A DNA stretch of 64,000 nt from an uncultured Nitrososphaerota archaeon (GCA_964518475.1 CAZFGR010000001.1:224001-288000); one strand, 5' to 3'; counted from the first letter of the stretch, positions 50,527-60,946 are shown. A program made the numbers and translations. Notes: generated by a model not told the origin, from the sequence alone.

Positions 50527-51684
50527 ATGATTTGGTTACTAGTTGCATCAGAAGGGTTCAAAATGAGTATTAAAAAACGACTAGAACTAGTGTTAAGAAA
50601 CGTAGCAAAACCAATAGATGAATTCGTTATCACACTAGAAGATCTAGAACAATTACTATCTTCTAAGCCTAATCCAACAGCATACATAGGCTATGAACCA
50701 AGCGGTCCTATCCATGTTGGATATTTACCCGCTCTTGAAAAGATACTGGATCTACAAAAAGCTGGATTCCATGTTACCATACTATTAGCAGACCTTCATG
50801 CATTTCTTAATAGAAAGGGCCCATTAGAACTTATCAAGGAAGTATCGGAGACGTATTGGCCAGAAATCTTTGCTGCTTTGGGTGTAGATCATGCAAAGTA
50901 TGTCTTAGGGAGCTCTTACCAGTTAGAAAAGGATTACGTATTAGATTTAATGATTCTTAGCGAGAGAGTCCGCGTAAAGGAAGCTTGGAAGGCTATGACT
51001 CTAATTGCTAGAGAGGCTGAAGACCCCACTGTTAGTCAATATGTTTATCCTTTGATGCAAGCACTTGATATTTTGTATCTAGAGGCTGATCTAGCTTTTG
51101 GAGGTACCGATCAAAGAAAGGTTCATGTCCTCGCTAGAGAACAGTTTTCTTCCTCAGAACTAAAGCTTAATCATGAGAAGTGGGTACCAGTGGCTATACA
51201 CTTACCTATAATCCTTGGATTAACGGGCGAGAAAATGTCTAGTAGTAAACCAGAAACCCACATAGCTGTTCATGATAGACCAGAGACAATTCGCAAAAAA
51301 ATGCGAAATGCGCTGTGTCAGCCAGATATTACTGATCCAGAACAAAACCCGATATTCTCATATCTACATTACATAATCTTCCCATACGTTGATAAATTTA
51401 TAGTACGTAGACCAGAAAAATACGGAGGAGACGTTACTTATAAGACTTTGGAGGAGTTGGAAAGGGATTATTTGGAAGGAAGACTTCATCCCCTTGATTT
51501 GAAAATGGCGATTGCAGAATACTTCATAAAACGCTTAGAGTCTGCAAGGAAGAAACTCGAAGCCGATCCTGATATATTGCGACCAGTCTACAATTTGCAG
51601 AAGTGGCAATGGGAACACGGTCTAATTAGTCGTACTGCTTGGGAAAAGCTCTCAACAGAATATTCCTATTATGGGTTAAGGTGA
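50527..51684 (+). CDS. tyrS: Tyrosine--tRNA ligase
   Basis: YIGYEPSG.IHVG, YPLMQALD, GGTDQRK and KMSSS; start probably the ATG near 50563. Confidence 0.95.
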   Translation: MIWLLVASEGFKMSIKKRLELVLRNVAKPIDEFVITLEDLEQLLSSKPNPTAYIGYEPSGPIHVGYLPALEKILDLQKAGFHVTILLADLHAFLNRKGPLELIKEVSETYWPEIFAALGVDHAKYVLGSSYQLEKDYVLDLMILSERVRVKEAWKAMTLIAREAEDPTVSQYVYPLMQALDILYLEADLAFGGTDQRKVHVLAREQFSSSELKLNHEKWVPVAIHLPIILGLTGEKMSSSKPETHIAVHDRPETIRKKMRNALCQPDITDPEQNPIFSYLHYIIFPYVDKFIVRRPEKYGGDVTYKTLEELERDYLEGRLHPLDLKMAIAEYFIKRLESARKKLEADPDILRPVYNLQKWQWEHGLISRTAWEKLSTEYSYYGLR

Positions 51685-51690
51685 TGAAAC

Positions 51691-51978
51691 ATGGGGAAAC
51701 TGATTCTTTATGGTGATTTAGCACAACGAGTTGGTAAAAAGGAAGTAGAGATATCCACACGAGGAAAAAAGGTCATAGATATATTGCGTGAATTCGCACG
51801 TAAATACAATGTGCAAGATCTTCTTTTTAAGAATGACAAGCTACGACCTCTTTATCTAATACTCATAGATGGTCGCGATTACTATAGTCTTGGACTACTC
51901 AATACAATCCTAGATGATGAGAAAGAAATTCGTATAATTCCCACATTTCATGGAGGCACTCGTTTTAAGCAAATCTAG
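51691..51978 (+). CDS. Ubiquitin-like beta-grasp protein (Urm1/SAMP/MoaD family) with C-terminal extension
   Basis: LRP.YLILIDG.D...G and IIPTFHGG followed by TRFKQI. Confidence 0.85.
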   Translation: MGKLILYGDLAQRVGKKEVEISTRGKKVIDILREFARKYNVQDLLFKNDKLRPLYLILIDGRDYYSLGLLNTILDDEKEIRIIPTFHGGTRFKQI

Positions 51979-52047
51979 AAAAACTGCTTAAGTTATACCT
52001 TTAGAGTATTATTGTGGTAATTTAGGAATAGTTTATGGTGGCACTGA

Positions 52048-53622
52048 ATGCATGAAATCTCAGAATTAATAAATATGCTAACTGAGAGCGAGAGAAAACT
52101 CCTTGCTTTTTTGCGAGAGAATAACTTAAGTCAGGCTTATGAGGACTCTATTGCAGAGGCATTAAAAACGGATATTGCAGAAATTTCTCGCGCAGCATTA
52201 TGGTTAGAAAATAAAGGAATACTGAAACGAGTAAAGGAAGAAATAGAAATAATAACTATAAGTGACAAAGGCAAAAAATATTTGACTAAGCCTTTGCCAG
52301 AGCAACAACTTCTCGGCTTCTTAAAGAAAAGGAGGAGCGTAAAATTTGATGAAGCACTCCAGGAGCTTTCCATGGATTTAAAAGAACTAAATGCTGCTGT
52401 GGGTAAACTTATACGAGCAGGTCTGCTACGCTTATTAAAAAAGGACTCTGAGAGGTACCTCCAGATAACCGAAAAAGGTTTAACTATTGAAGAGTTACCA
52501 ACATCAACACTATTCAGAGAGATTGCTAAGAAAGGTACAGTGTTTTTTAGCGAAATAGATTCGAAAAATAGAGCATTAAAAGAACTTCTTTACAGAGGTA
52601 TAGTAACAAAGAAAAAATTAAGTCGCATCAAACTACAATTAACAGACCTCGGAAGGGAGATAATAAAGCACGAGATCCCTCCAATTGAGATTATAGATAC
52701 ATTATCACCCGAGATTATTGTAAGTAAGGAATGGATGCGGAAAAAAATTAGATGGTATGATGTTTCATCCAAAGTTCCTAGAATATGGGGTGGGCGAAAA
52801 CATCCTCTTAGAGAAATAATGGAGATGATTAGAGAAATTTTCCTAGAAATGGGATTCATGGAAATGCGAGGCCCGTGGGTAGAACTAGCGTTTTGGAACA
52901 TGGATAGCATGTGGATTCCACAAGATCATCCAGCTCGAGAAATGCAGGCGACATTCTATTTAGAGGTTCCGAAAAGAGGATTTGTAAGAGATGAAGCATT
53001 ACTAGCTATTGTTAAAGAGGTTCAAGAGACTGGTGGTGATACGGGTTCTACAGGATGGCAACAGCCATGGCGTATAGATGAGGCCCTAAAAACACTACTA
53101 AGAACCCATACCACCGCAGTAACTTTTAGAGTTCTAGGTTTTTTGCTTCGCCGCAAAATAATAGAACCTCCCGTAAAGTTCTTCTGCATAGATAGAGTCT
53201 TCCGCAACGAAACAATAGATTGGAAACACTTGGCAGAGTTCCATCAAGTGGAGGGGTTCGTCGCAGCCAAAAATTTAACGCTTAAAAGCTTAATGGGATA
53301 CATTAAAGAATTTTATCGCAAGATGGGCATAGAAAAAATACGATTTAAGCCAACTTACAATCCTTACACAGAGCCCAGTATGGAGATCTTTGCACTACAT
53401 CCTAAGGTTAAAAAGTGGATAGAAGTGGGCAATAGTGGCTTATTTAGACCAGAAAGTTTACGTCCTTACAATATTGATGTGCCTATAATAGCATGGGGCT
53501 TGGCCGTGGAGCGTTTAGCAGCAATAATTTATGACATAGAAGACATCCGCAAATTAGTTGGTCCTATGTGTGATATAGATTGGATCAGATGGCATAGGAC
53601 TCCTATCGGTAAACTATTCTAA
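52048..53622 (+). CDS. pheS: Phenylalanine--tRNA ligase alpha subunit
   Basis: PQDHPAREMQ, LRTHTT, FRNE and YNPYTEPS. Confidence 0.96.
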   Translation: MHEISELINMLTESERKLLAFLRENNLSQAYEDSIAEALKTDIAEISRAALWLENKGILKRVKEEIEIITISDKGKKYLTKPLPEQQLLGFLKKRRSVKFDEALQELSMDLKELNAAVGKLIRAGLLRLLKKDSERYLQITEKGLTIEELPTSTLFREIAKKGTVFFSEIDSKNRALKELLYRGIVTKKKLSRIKLQLTDLGREIIKHEIPPIEIIDTLSPEIIVSKEWMRKKIRWYDVSSKVPRIWGGRKHPLREIMEMIREIFLEMGFMEMRGPWVELAFWNMDSMWIPQDHPAREMQATFYLEVPKRGFVRDEALLAIVKEVQETGGDTGSTGWQQPWRIDEALKTLLRTHTTAVTFRVLGFLLRRKIIEPPVKFFCIDRVFRNETIDWKHLAEFHQVEGFVAAKNLTLKSLMGYIKEFYRKMGIEKIRFKPTYNPYTEPSMEIFALHPKVKKWIEVGNSGLFRPESLRPYNIDVPIIAWGLAVERLAAIIYDIEDIRKLVGPMCDIDWIRWHRTPIGKLF

Positions 53623-53628
53623 AGAAAG

Positions 53629-55350
53629 GTGAGAAAACTGCCAGTTCTTGATACTCAATTATCTCGTTTAAATAAACTTCTCGGAAAAACTTTGACTCTC
53701 TCAGATCTCGAAGAAATATTATTCAAATTCGGTATGGAATTAGAAAGCTACGAGAAACTAGCTAATGAAGATTATGCATTGAAGATAGAGATAACGCCCG
53801 ACCGACCAGACATGCTATCAACATTCGGTCTCGCTCGAGCCCTTAGAAAATACATGGGTTTAGATCCCGGATTTGACGAATATAAACTTCACGAAAACGA
53901 AAATTACAAAATAATTGTTGATAAAAGTGTACTACCGATAAGACCGTACATAGCATCCGTAGTTGTAAAAAATATTCAATTAGACGAAGATACTATACGA
54001 GATCTAATCTATACACAGGAAAAATTGCATGAAACGTTTTGCAGAGGACGAAAGAAAGCGTCTATAGGGTTCTATCCTTTACGCCGTGTTGTCTGGCCTC
54101 TCCACTATTTTGCAGAAAAACCCGAGAAGATAAGATTTAGACCCTTGGGATTTAATGTAGAGATGAATGGTTATGAAATTCTTCAGAAGCATCCTACTGG
54201 TCAAAAATACGCTCACATACTTATAAAGCATGAAAAATACCCGCTCTTTACTGACGATATGGGTAACGTGCTTTCACTCCCACCTATAATAAACTCTGAA
54301 GATTATGGAAAAGTAACTCCTCAAGATAAGGATGTACTTGTCGAAGTAACCGGAACTCATAAACCCACAGTAAAATTAGTAGTAAATATTCTTGCATCTA
54401 TAATGCACGATCTAGGGGGGACTTTATACTCCGTTAAAATAATTTATCCAGACTTCTCAGAGAAAAGTCCTTACTTCGAGGCTAGAGAAATCGAAATAAA
54501 AACAAGATATGTTCAAGAGGTTCTTGGGATTGCTTTATCAACTCAGGATATTTCCGAACTTCTTGCTAGAATGGGCTTTGGAGCAAAGATTATAGATAAA
54601 GAGACTATTTTAGTCCGTGTACCTCCTTATAGAGCAGATATCTGGCACCCTATAGATATTGTTGATGATATAGCCAGAGCATATGGATTTGATAATATGT
54701 CTCCAGACTTAACACCCGTCTTTACAACAGGTTCTGTTTTAGAAAAGAGCAAAGTTATTGACTATATACGTGAGATATTTGTGGGACTAGGATTCCTAGA
54801 AGCTTTCACATTCGCTCTCACTAGCGATGAAGATCAATTCGATAAAATGCTCCTCGAGAAAGAAAAAGATATAGTTCGGATAGCGGGGGCTAAAGAAAAG
54901 AGAATAAACATGGTACGTAAATGGCTTTTGCCAGAACTCCTCAAAGCGCTAGCACATAATAAAGATAAGAAATACCCGATAAAACTCTTTGAAGTTTCAG
55001 ATGTTGTGATACTCAGCCCAGAGGCAGATACTGGTGCTATCAATAAAACTCATTTAGCTTTCTTAGTGGCTCATAAAGATGCAAACTTCACCGAGGCACG
55101 GCAATATTTAGAATATACGCTTCAAACATTAGGTTTTCAAGAAACATCATTTGTTAGAACTAATCATCCCTCGTTCATAGAGGGTCGCGTAGCAAGGGTA
55201 ATCATTAACGGAAAAGAACTAGGAGTCATAGGCGAGCTTCATCCTCAAGTGATTCTTAACTGGGGCTTATCAATTCCTATAGCTGCTGCAGAAATAAGTA
55301 TTAGTGATCTATTTGACTGGGAGTATAAACCAGTAGACGTTCCTTCTTAG
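53629..55350 (+). CDS. pheT: Phenylalanine--tRNA ligase beta subunit
   Basis: RPDMLS, SLPPIINS, PPYRADI and GELHP. Confidence 0.96.
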   Translation: MRKLPVLDTQLSRLNKLLGKTLTLSDLEEILFKFGMELESYEKLANEDYALKIEITPDRPDMLSTFGLARALRKYMGLDPGFDEYKLHENENYKIIVDKSVLPIRPYIASVVVKNIQLDEDTIRDLIYTQEKLHETFCRGRKKASIGFYPLRRVVWPLHYFAEKPEKIRFRPLGFNVEMNGYEILQKHPTGQKYAHILIKHEKYPLFTDDMGNVLSLPPIINSEDYGKVTPQDKDVLVEVTGTHKPTVKLVVNILASIMHDLGGTLYSVKIIYPDFSEKSPYFEAREIEIKTRYVQEVLGIALSTQDISELLARMGFGAKIIDKETILVRVPPYRADIWHPIDIVDDIARAYGFDNMSPDLTPVFTTGSVLEKSKVIDYIREIFVGLGFLEAFTFALTSDEDQFDKMLLEKEKDIVRIAGAKEKRINMVRKWLLPELLKALAHNKDKKYPIKLFEVSDVVILSPEADTGAINKTHLAFLVAHKDANFTEARQYLEYTLQTLGFQETSFVRTNHPSFIEGRVARVIINGKELGVIGELHPQVILNWGLSIPIAAAEISISDLFDWEYKPVDVPS

Positions 55351-55533
55351 GAAATAATTGAAGATACTTGTTATTCTACATCAAAGGCTTGGTAAAAGCA
55401 CTAGCATATTCTTTAATATATCTAGTTTTCGAGACAATACTTATCTCGTAATGCATTACTTTTTATTTCATTCTCACCAAAGAAAGCTTCCAGATAAGAT
55501 ATTAATCTTGACATTTATTTACTATTTTTTACT

Positions 55534-57324
55534 TTGGTGGAGTATATGCCCATGTTATTCGAAACCCTATGCGAGTACTATGATAGATTAGAGAAGCTCT
55601 CAGGAAAAATTGAGATGACTAAAGTTCTCGTTGATTTATTTATTAAAGCGGATCCGGATGAAATAGATAAAATTGTTTACTTAACGACTGGTGAGCTCTG
55701 GCCAGAGTATCTTGGTCAACCAGAGTTAGGCGTTGCTGAGAGATTGCTATTGCGAGCTATTTCTAAAGCAACGGGTGTTCCATTAGAAAGACTAGAGAAA
55801 ATGCTGAAAACTTTAGGAGATATAGGCAAAGTAGCGGAAAGAGCTGTTAGCATGAAGAGAACTCAGGCATTACTTGTTACACCCTTAACAGTTAATGAAG
55901 TCTATGAGAAATTAGTAAAAATAGCTCATGCGACGGGTGAGGGGAGTCAAGACTTAAAATTACGAATTCTAGTCGGGCTATTAGTCTCTGCAAAACCTTT
56001 AGAGGCAAGATACTTAGCACGGATAATCGAGGGGCAGCTTCGATTAGGAGTAGGAGAAATGCTAATTCTAGATGCATTAGCAGAAGCGTTTCTTAGAGTA
56101 AAAAATGGTCGAGAAATTATCGAAAGAGCATATAATAAAGTCCCGGATCTTGGATATATTGCAAAAATTGCTGCAAAAGAAGGAATAGAGGGACTCACTA
56201 AGTTAAAAATAGAACCTGGAAGACCAATCCGACCTATGCTTGCTGAAAGATTAAGTGATCCAGCGGAAATCCTGAGAAAATTGGGTGGAGAAGCCGCGGC
56301 TGAATGGAAATATGATGGAGAACGATGTCAAATACATAAAAAAGGTGATAAGGTATGGCTTTTCTCCCGCCGGCTTGAAGATATAACTAGTCAATATCCC
56401 GATGTTGTAGAATATACTAAAAAGTATGTTAAAGCTGATGAATGTATTATAGAGGGAGAGATCGTCGCAATAGACCCAGAAACTGGAGAAATGAGACCAT
56501 TCCAAGAATTAATGCGAAGAAAAAGGAAATACGACATCCATAAAATAATGGAAGAAATACCTGTAAAGGTATTCCTTTTTGACCTCATTTATCTAAACGG
56601 AGAGGAATTCTTGGACAAACCTTATTTGGAGAGACGGAAAAAGCTTGAAGAAATACTTGTACCAAACGATAAAATGCTACTTTCACATATGAAAATAGTA
56701 AAATCACTGGAAGAATTAGAGCGTTTCTTCTTAGAAGCTATCGAAGCTGGATGCGAAGGTCTCGTGGTAAAGTCTCTAAGAGATGACTCCATTTATCAGG
56801 CTGGTGCACGAGGTTGGTTATGGATTAAGTATAAGCGGGATTATAAATCAGAGATGGCTGACACTGTTGACTTAGTAGTAGTTGGAGCTTTCGCGGGAAA
56901 AGGACGAAGAGCTGGATCTTACGGCGCACTATTAGCAGCTGCTTATAATCCAGAAAAAGACGTTTTCGAAACTGTTTGTAAAGTTGGTTCTGGATTTACT
57001 GATACCGAACTTGATAATTTACCTGTCCTTTTACAGCCGTATATAAGAGACAGAAAACCAGCAAATGTTGAAAGTGTAATGGAACCAGATTACTGGGTAG
57101 AACCAGCATTAGTAATGGAAGTCATAGGCGCTGAACTTACCCTTTCACCAGTCCATACTGCTGCGAAGGATTTAGTCAAAAATAAGCTTGGTAAAGACGC
57201 TGGAATCGCCATTAGATTCCCTAGATTCTTACGTTGGCGCCCAGATAAGGGCCCAAAAGAAGCAACAACGGCAAAAGAACTATTCGAAATGTATCTTGCT
57301 CAGTTAAAGAAAGTTGAGAAGTAG
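55534..57324 (+). CDS. lig: ATP-dependent DNA ligase
   Basis: PMLA, EWKYDGER, EGLVVK, WIKYK and RFPRF. Confidence 0.97.
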   Translation: MVEYMPMLFETLCEYYDRLEKLSGKIEMTKVLVDLFIKADPDEIDKIVYLTTGELWPEYLGQPELGVAERLLLRAISKATGVPLERLEKMLKTLGDIGKVAERAVSMKRTQALLVTPLTVNEVYEKLVKIAHATGEGSQDLKLRILVGLLVSAKPLEARYLARIIEGQLRLGVGEMLILDALAEAFLRVKNGREIIERAYNKVPDLGYIAKIAAKEGIEGLTKLKIEPGRPIRPMLAERLSDPAEILRKLGGEAAAEWKYDGERCQIHKKGDKVWLFSRRLEDITSQYPDVVEYTKKYVKADECIIEGEIVAIDPETGEMRPFQELMRRKRKYDIHKIMEEIPVKVFLFDLIYLNGEEFLDKPYLERRKKLEEILVPNDKMLLSHMKIVKSLEELERFFLEAIEAGCEGLVVKSLRDDSIYQAGARGWLWIKYKRDYKSEMADTVDLVVVGAFAGKGRRAGSYGALLAAAYNPEKDVFETVCKVGSGFTDTELDNLPVLLQPYIRDRKPANVESVMEPDYWVEPALVMEVIGAELTLSPVHTAAKDLVKNKLGKDAGIAIRFPRFLRWRPDKGPKEATTAKELFEMYLAQLKKVEK

Positions 57325-57335
57325 AAAGATAGGTA

Positions 57336-57387
57336 TCAGGAGAGGGGCACGTCTTCATGAGTCTCCGGTAGGTGGGGTTATCATCAT
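57336..57387 (-). ncRNA. Box C/D sRNA overlapping the ribL stop codon
   Basis: ATGATGA-taaccccaccta-CCGG-agactc-ATGAAGA-cgtgcccctctc-CTGA. Confidence 0.82.
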
Positions 57388-57875
57388 GTCTGGCAACCTT
57401 TAGTCTTAGTAAATATTTTTAAGATTTTTTTCCTAACTTCCGAAGAACTTTCTAATCCATTAAAGCTGAATTTGGGTAGCCGAATGATTTTTAAGCTTAA
57501 ACCTTGTTGTTCAGCCCACTTTTTTATATCTTTTTCCGAGAATTTCTGATCATATCCAAGAACTACTATATCTGGCTTTAACTCTTGGAGAATATCGTAG
57601 AAACTATCCTTATCTAATTCTCTTCCCAAAATAGCCTTATCAACTGGCTTTAAATTTTGAACAATCTCCAATCTTTCTTTCTCGTTAAATACTGGATCTC
57701 TTCCTTTAAGTTTCCTTACGGTGCTATCGCGAGCAACAATAACAATTAATTCTGTATTTTCTGCGACCTTCTTAGCTGCCCATAGAAATTTTAAATGCCC
57801 AAGATGAATGATGTCAAAAGTACCTCCTACGACTACACGCACTTTCCTACTCATATAACACACATCTTTAAGCAT
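57384..57875 (-). CDS. ribL: FAD synthase (archaeal cytidylyltransferase-family)
   Basis: GGTFDIIHLGH, VARD, LKPVD.A and LGYDQ. Confidence 0.88.
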   Translation of the reverse strand: MLKDVCYMSRKVRVVVGGTFDIIHLGHLKFLWAAKKVAENTELIVIVARDSTVRKLKGRDPVFNEKERLEIVQNLKPVDKAILGRELDKDSFYDILQELKPDIVVLGYDQKFSEKDIKKWAEQQGLSLKIIRLPKFSFNGLESSSEVRKKILKIFTKTKGCQT

Positions 57876-58004
57876 ATCTTATCAAATATAAAGAGATCTT
57901 CGAGGATTATTTTTCATCCAAGTATTATTACTCTCAGAAGTCCGAGATGGTTTTTTATTTCCTTATAGCATCCCCGTATTTTGATAGAAAATGTGATAAA
58001 AAGT

Positions 58005-58688
58005 TTAGAACTGATAAATTTCACCCGGGCTTAGAATAACGACTTTTACTTCTGGGCACCTCTTCTCTACCTCTTTTTTGAATTCTTCAGGATCACCTGA
58101 AATTACATCAAATGTTTTGTAATGCATAGGGATAGCTACTTTTGGTTTCAATAATTCTACAGCTTTTGCCGCTTCGAGAGGACCCATTGTAAAGTGTCCT
58201 CCAATCGGTAAAAGTGCGATGTCTGGCTTGTAGAGTTCGCTAATTAATTGCATATCTAGAAAAACTCCGGTATCTCCAGCGTGATATATTGTTGCCTCAT
58301 TACCTTTTATAACTACTCCTACTGGTGTACCAGTCGAGCTTGAATGATAAGCTGGTACAAGAAATGCTGTTAATCCCTCAAGTTTAATGGGTCCACCAAT
58401 ATTAGCTCCAATAGCCTTTTTTACTCCTTCTTGTTGTGCTTTTGCGGATAATTCGAAGATTCCAACAAATGTGGCATCGAATCTCTTAGCAATTTCAAAA
58501 GCTTCTCCAAGATGGTCTCCGTGATCGTGTGTGACAAATACGTAGTCAGCTTTTTTTACATCGTTAAGAGTTATTGGGGATTTTGGATTCGTTATCCAAG
58601 GATCAATATATATCACTTTATTATCAAGAAGAATTTCAAAACTCGCGTGCCCTAACCATTTTACATAACCCATAAAATATCCCTCCAA
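58005..58688 (-). CDS. UPF0173 metallo-beta-lactamase-fold hydrolase
   Basis: WLGHA, THDHGDH, YHAGDT and PMHY. Confidence 0.92.
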   Translation of the reverse strand: MEGYFMGYVKWLGHASFEILLDNKVIYIDPWITNPKSPITLNDVKKADYVFVTHDHGDHLGEAFEIAKRFDATFVGIFELSAKAQQEGVKKAIGANIGGPIKLEGLTAFLVPAYHSSSTGTPVGVVIKGNEATIYHAGDTGVFLDMQLISELYKPDIALLPIGGHFTMGPLEAAKAVELLKPKVAIPMHYKTFDVISGDPEEFKKEVEKRCPEVKVVILSPGEIYQF

Positions 58689-58842
58689 AATCTTCTATCA
58701 TGCTAAATGCATAAGTTATTCAAAAATATTGTACAAATTTCAACTCTACGTATAATGCTAATAGGGTTAGTGGTGTGCTAGTGGATAAAAATAACATATT
58801 ATGTATCATTTATCGAAGTGAAAAATTTTTTCTAAATGCTAG

Positions 58843-59577
58843 TTATAGGACTAAAAGTATGTACATTAGCAATATGCTGAGCGGTATTGTTATGAACTTT
58901 GATATCATGTAAACTTTCGAGTAACCATAACCACTAATTACGCCTGTAATAAATGTTGTTCCCAGAAGTACTATTCGTGCTGATGAGAATGAATGATAAA
59001 CTTGAGTTGGATTGAAAGTTATTAGGAATGAACTATGTAATTGTGTAATGTAAAAGATGTTGCTTATAGACATACCAATGATTATTGGCCATAGAGAGTA
59101 CCCTAATATAGCGAAGCTTAAACTAAAGTTTGTTTCTGCACCAAAAAGGTTTAGGAAGAAGTTAAGAAATAAGATATAGAACACAGCCCATGCGAAGCAT
59201 ATTACAAAACTTAGCAACAATACTGTGAGTAAGTGAATAATACGCATTAGCGCTGTTTGAGTTGCAGGTACTATAGGCAGCAAATAATTAAGAGTTATCT
59301 CGAAACGTAATGTTAGTAGTAAGGATAATAGAATTAAAAGGAGAAATCCGCCCTGAAGATCAGGAGCTAGTAATATTTCGGAGAATAAACTAAAAGGATT
59401 TAAAAGGGCCTTCTTTAACCTGTTAATAATGTCTCGAAGAGTTACTTCTCTAGTTGCTCGGAACCTAATTATTAACCTGAGATCGTAGCCGCAGTAGGGA
59501 CATATTGGGTAGCCGATAGGAACTACCGATTTACAGTTAGGACATTTTATATGTAGTTTATCTTCCATAATCATCAA
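58843..59577 (-). CDS. Zinc-ribbon plus Yip1-like multi-pass membrane protein
   Basis: CPNC..CPYCG, L.NP...F, about five TM segments and ILGYS.WP (Yip1-type GY motif). Confidence 0.65.
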   Translation of the reverse strand: MMIMEDKLHIKCPNCKSVVPIGYPICPYCGYDLRLIIRFRATREVTLRDIINRLKKALLNPFSLFSEILLAPDLQGGFLLLILLSLLLTLRFEITLNYLLPIVPATQTALMRIIHLLTVLLLSFVICFAWAVFYILFLNFFLNLFGAETNFSLSFAILGYSLWPIIIGMSISNIFYITQLHSSFLITFNPTQVYHSFSSARIVLLGTTFITGVISGYGYSKVYMISKFITIPLSILLMYILLVL

Positions 59578-59582
59578 CTTCG

Positions 59583-59870
59583 TTAAGAATCGACCTCTTG
59601 AAGAAGTATTTTCTTTATTATATCCTTGTCAGCGTGTTTTCGTAAAAATTCTTTTTCAATTTGTTTGTTCCTGAGATTGCTGGGATATAACCAAGGAACT
59701 CCTTTAATGATTGGGAACCATCTAGAGCATTTTTCGCATACAAGAATACCCTCTAGAACGATTTCTTGTTTCGAGTTTGATACTATTTTTTCTTGCGTTT
59801 CAAAGGTATATAGTTTTAAATGTCCTTTACAATCAGGACAGGCTAGAATATTAACAAGATCTTTGCGCAT
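59583..59870 (-). CDS. Trm112 family methyltransferase activator
   Basis: ILACPDCK..L, EG.LVC..C.RWFPI..GVP. Confidence 0.9.
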   Translation of the reverse strand: MRKDLVNILACPDCKGHLKLYTFETQEKIVSNSKQEIVLEGILVCEKCSRWFPIIKGVPWLYPSNLRNKQIEKEFLRKHADKDIIKKILLQEVDS

Positions 59871-60356
59871 TTAATTCTCCTTAGTGGTACTTTCTTCTTC
59901 CAGTTCTAATAACTCTTTAAGTAAATCCTTGAAATAGGAATCTTCAACATGTATTACGTCTGGTAATGCATTTTTATCATATTCCAACCCAAGAGTCTTT
60001 TTTAATTCCTCTCTCTCACTATATACCCGGGCTATTATATGGTAGCAATACCTCCTTCTAATCAGAGATTCCTGTCTTGCTTTTAAAAGTACGTGAAATA
60101 AATAATCGGGACAAGAGCATAGGAACATATATTCCTGATCGGTTTCTTTCTGGTATGAAGTTACTATATATTCAAAACTCCTGCCAACAACTAACCATAA
60201 TATTTTTCTAGACGGAAAGAAAATGTATTTTTTTACGCTTTTTCTTCGGGCAGCTTGCACTCCTTCGGCATATATTTCAGGGAATAGTTTCTCGTACGTT
60301 TCAAGAATTCCTGAGAGAAAGTTAAGGCGTTTTTTCATTTTTGTTTCTGTTAACAT
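59871..60356 (-). CDS. SWIM zinc-finger protein
   Basis: CSCPDY...CYH. Confidence 0.8.
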   Translation of the reverse strand: MLTETKMKKRLNFLSGILETYEKLFPEIYAEGVQAARRKSVKKYIFFPSRKILWLVVGRSFEYIVTSYQKETDQEYMFLCSCPDYLFHVLLKARQESLIRRRYCYHIIARVYSEREELKKTLGLEYDKNALPDVIHVEDSYFKDLLKELLELEEESTTKEN

Positions 60357-60364
60357 ATTTTATC

Positions 60365-60946
60365 TCACTGCTGTAATAATTGCTGTCTTCGGCGTCTTTT
60401 TTCTAGAACTTGCTTAAGTTGGCTCATAAGCTCTTGTCGTGCACTCATTTTACTAGCAAAGCGGGGGGTAGCTGATTGTTGAGGAGAGGGCTGAGCAGAG
60501 GGCCCTGCTGATGTTAATTGTAGGGATTGTTCTGAAGCAGTTTGTTGAGTGACGGGGTACTGTGGAACAGTTTGTTGAGTTGGTGCTGGTGGACTTTGAC
60601 TAGATTGCTGAGGAGCTACGGTAGTAGCCGATTGTTCTGGTGCAACACTTGCTTTAGTAGGAGAAGAAGCTGGTTGAGTAATTGGTTGGATCTGGAGAGA
60701 AGCCGAAGTTTGGCGTGATAAACGCTGTTCTATTTCGTTTGCTTTGTTTTCTAGCATATCTAGAGACTCATGAATGTCCTGTAATATTATTATTAGTTGA
60801 TTAACAACTTCTTTTAGGAAAGTATCAATGTCTGAGATCTCGCTCTTTATTTTCTGGTATTCTTTCGTAACCTCTTCAAGCCTTTGTCGCATGTTTTCCC
60901 AAATCTCCGCGGTTTCTGAAGGAGCTTCTGGAGAATCTTTGCTCAA
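60365..60946 (-). CDS. Coiled-coil / Pro-Gln-Ser-Thr linker / C-terminal amphipathic basic helix protein
   Basis: Heptad-rich N-terminus, low-complexity middle and SARQELMSQLKQVLEKRRRR end; GGAGGTG ribosome-binding site before the TTG start. Confidence 0.75.
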   Translation of the reverse strand: MSKDSPEAPSETAEIWENMRQRLEEVTKEYQKIKSEISDIDTFLKEVVNQLIIILQDIHESLDMLENKANEIEQRLSRQTSASLQIQPITQPASSPTKASVAPEQSATTVAPQQSSQSPPAPTQQTVPQYPVTQQTASEQSLQLTSAGPSAQPSPQQSATPRFASKMSARQELMSQLKQVLEKRRRRQQLLQQ

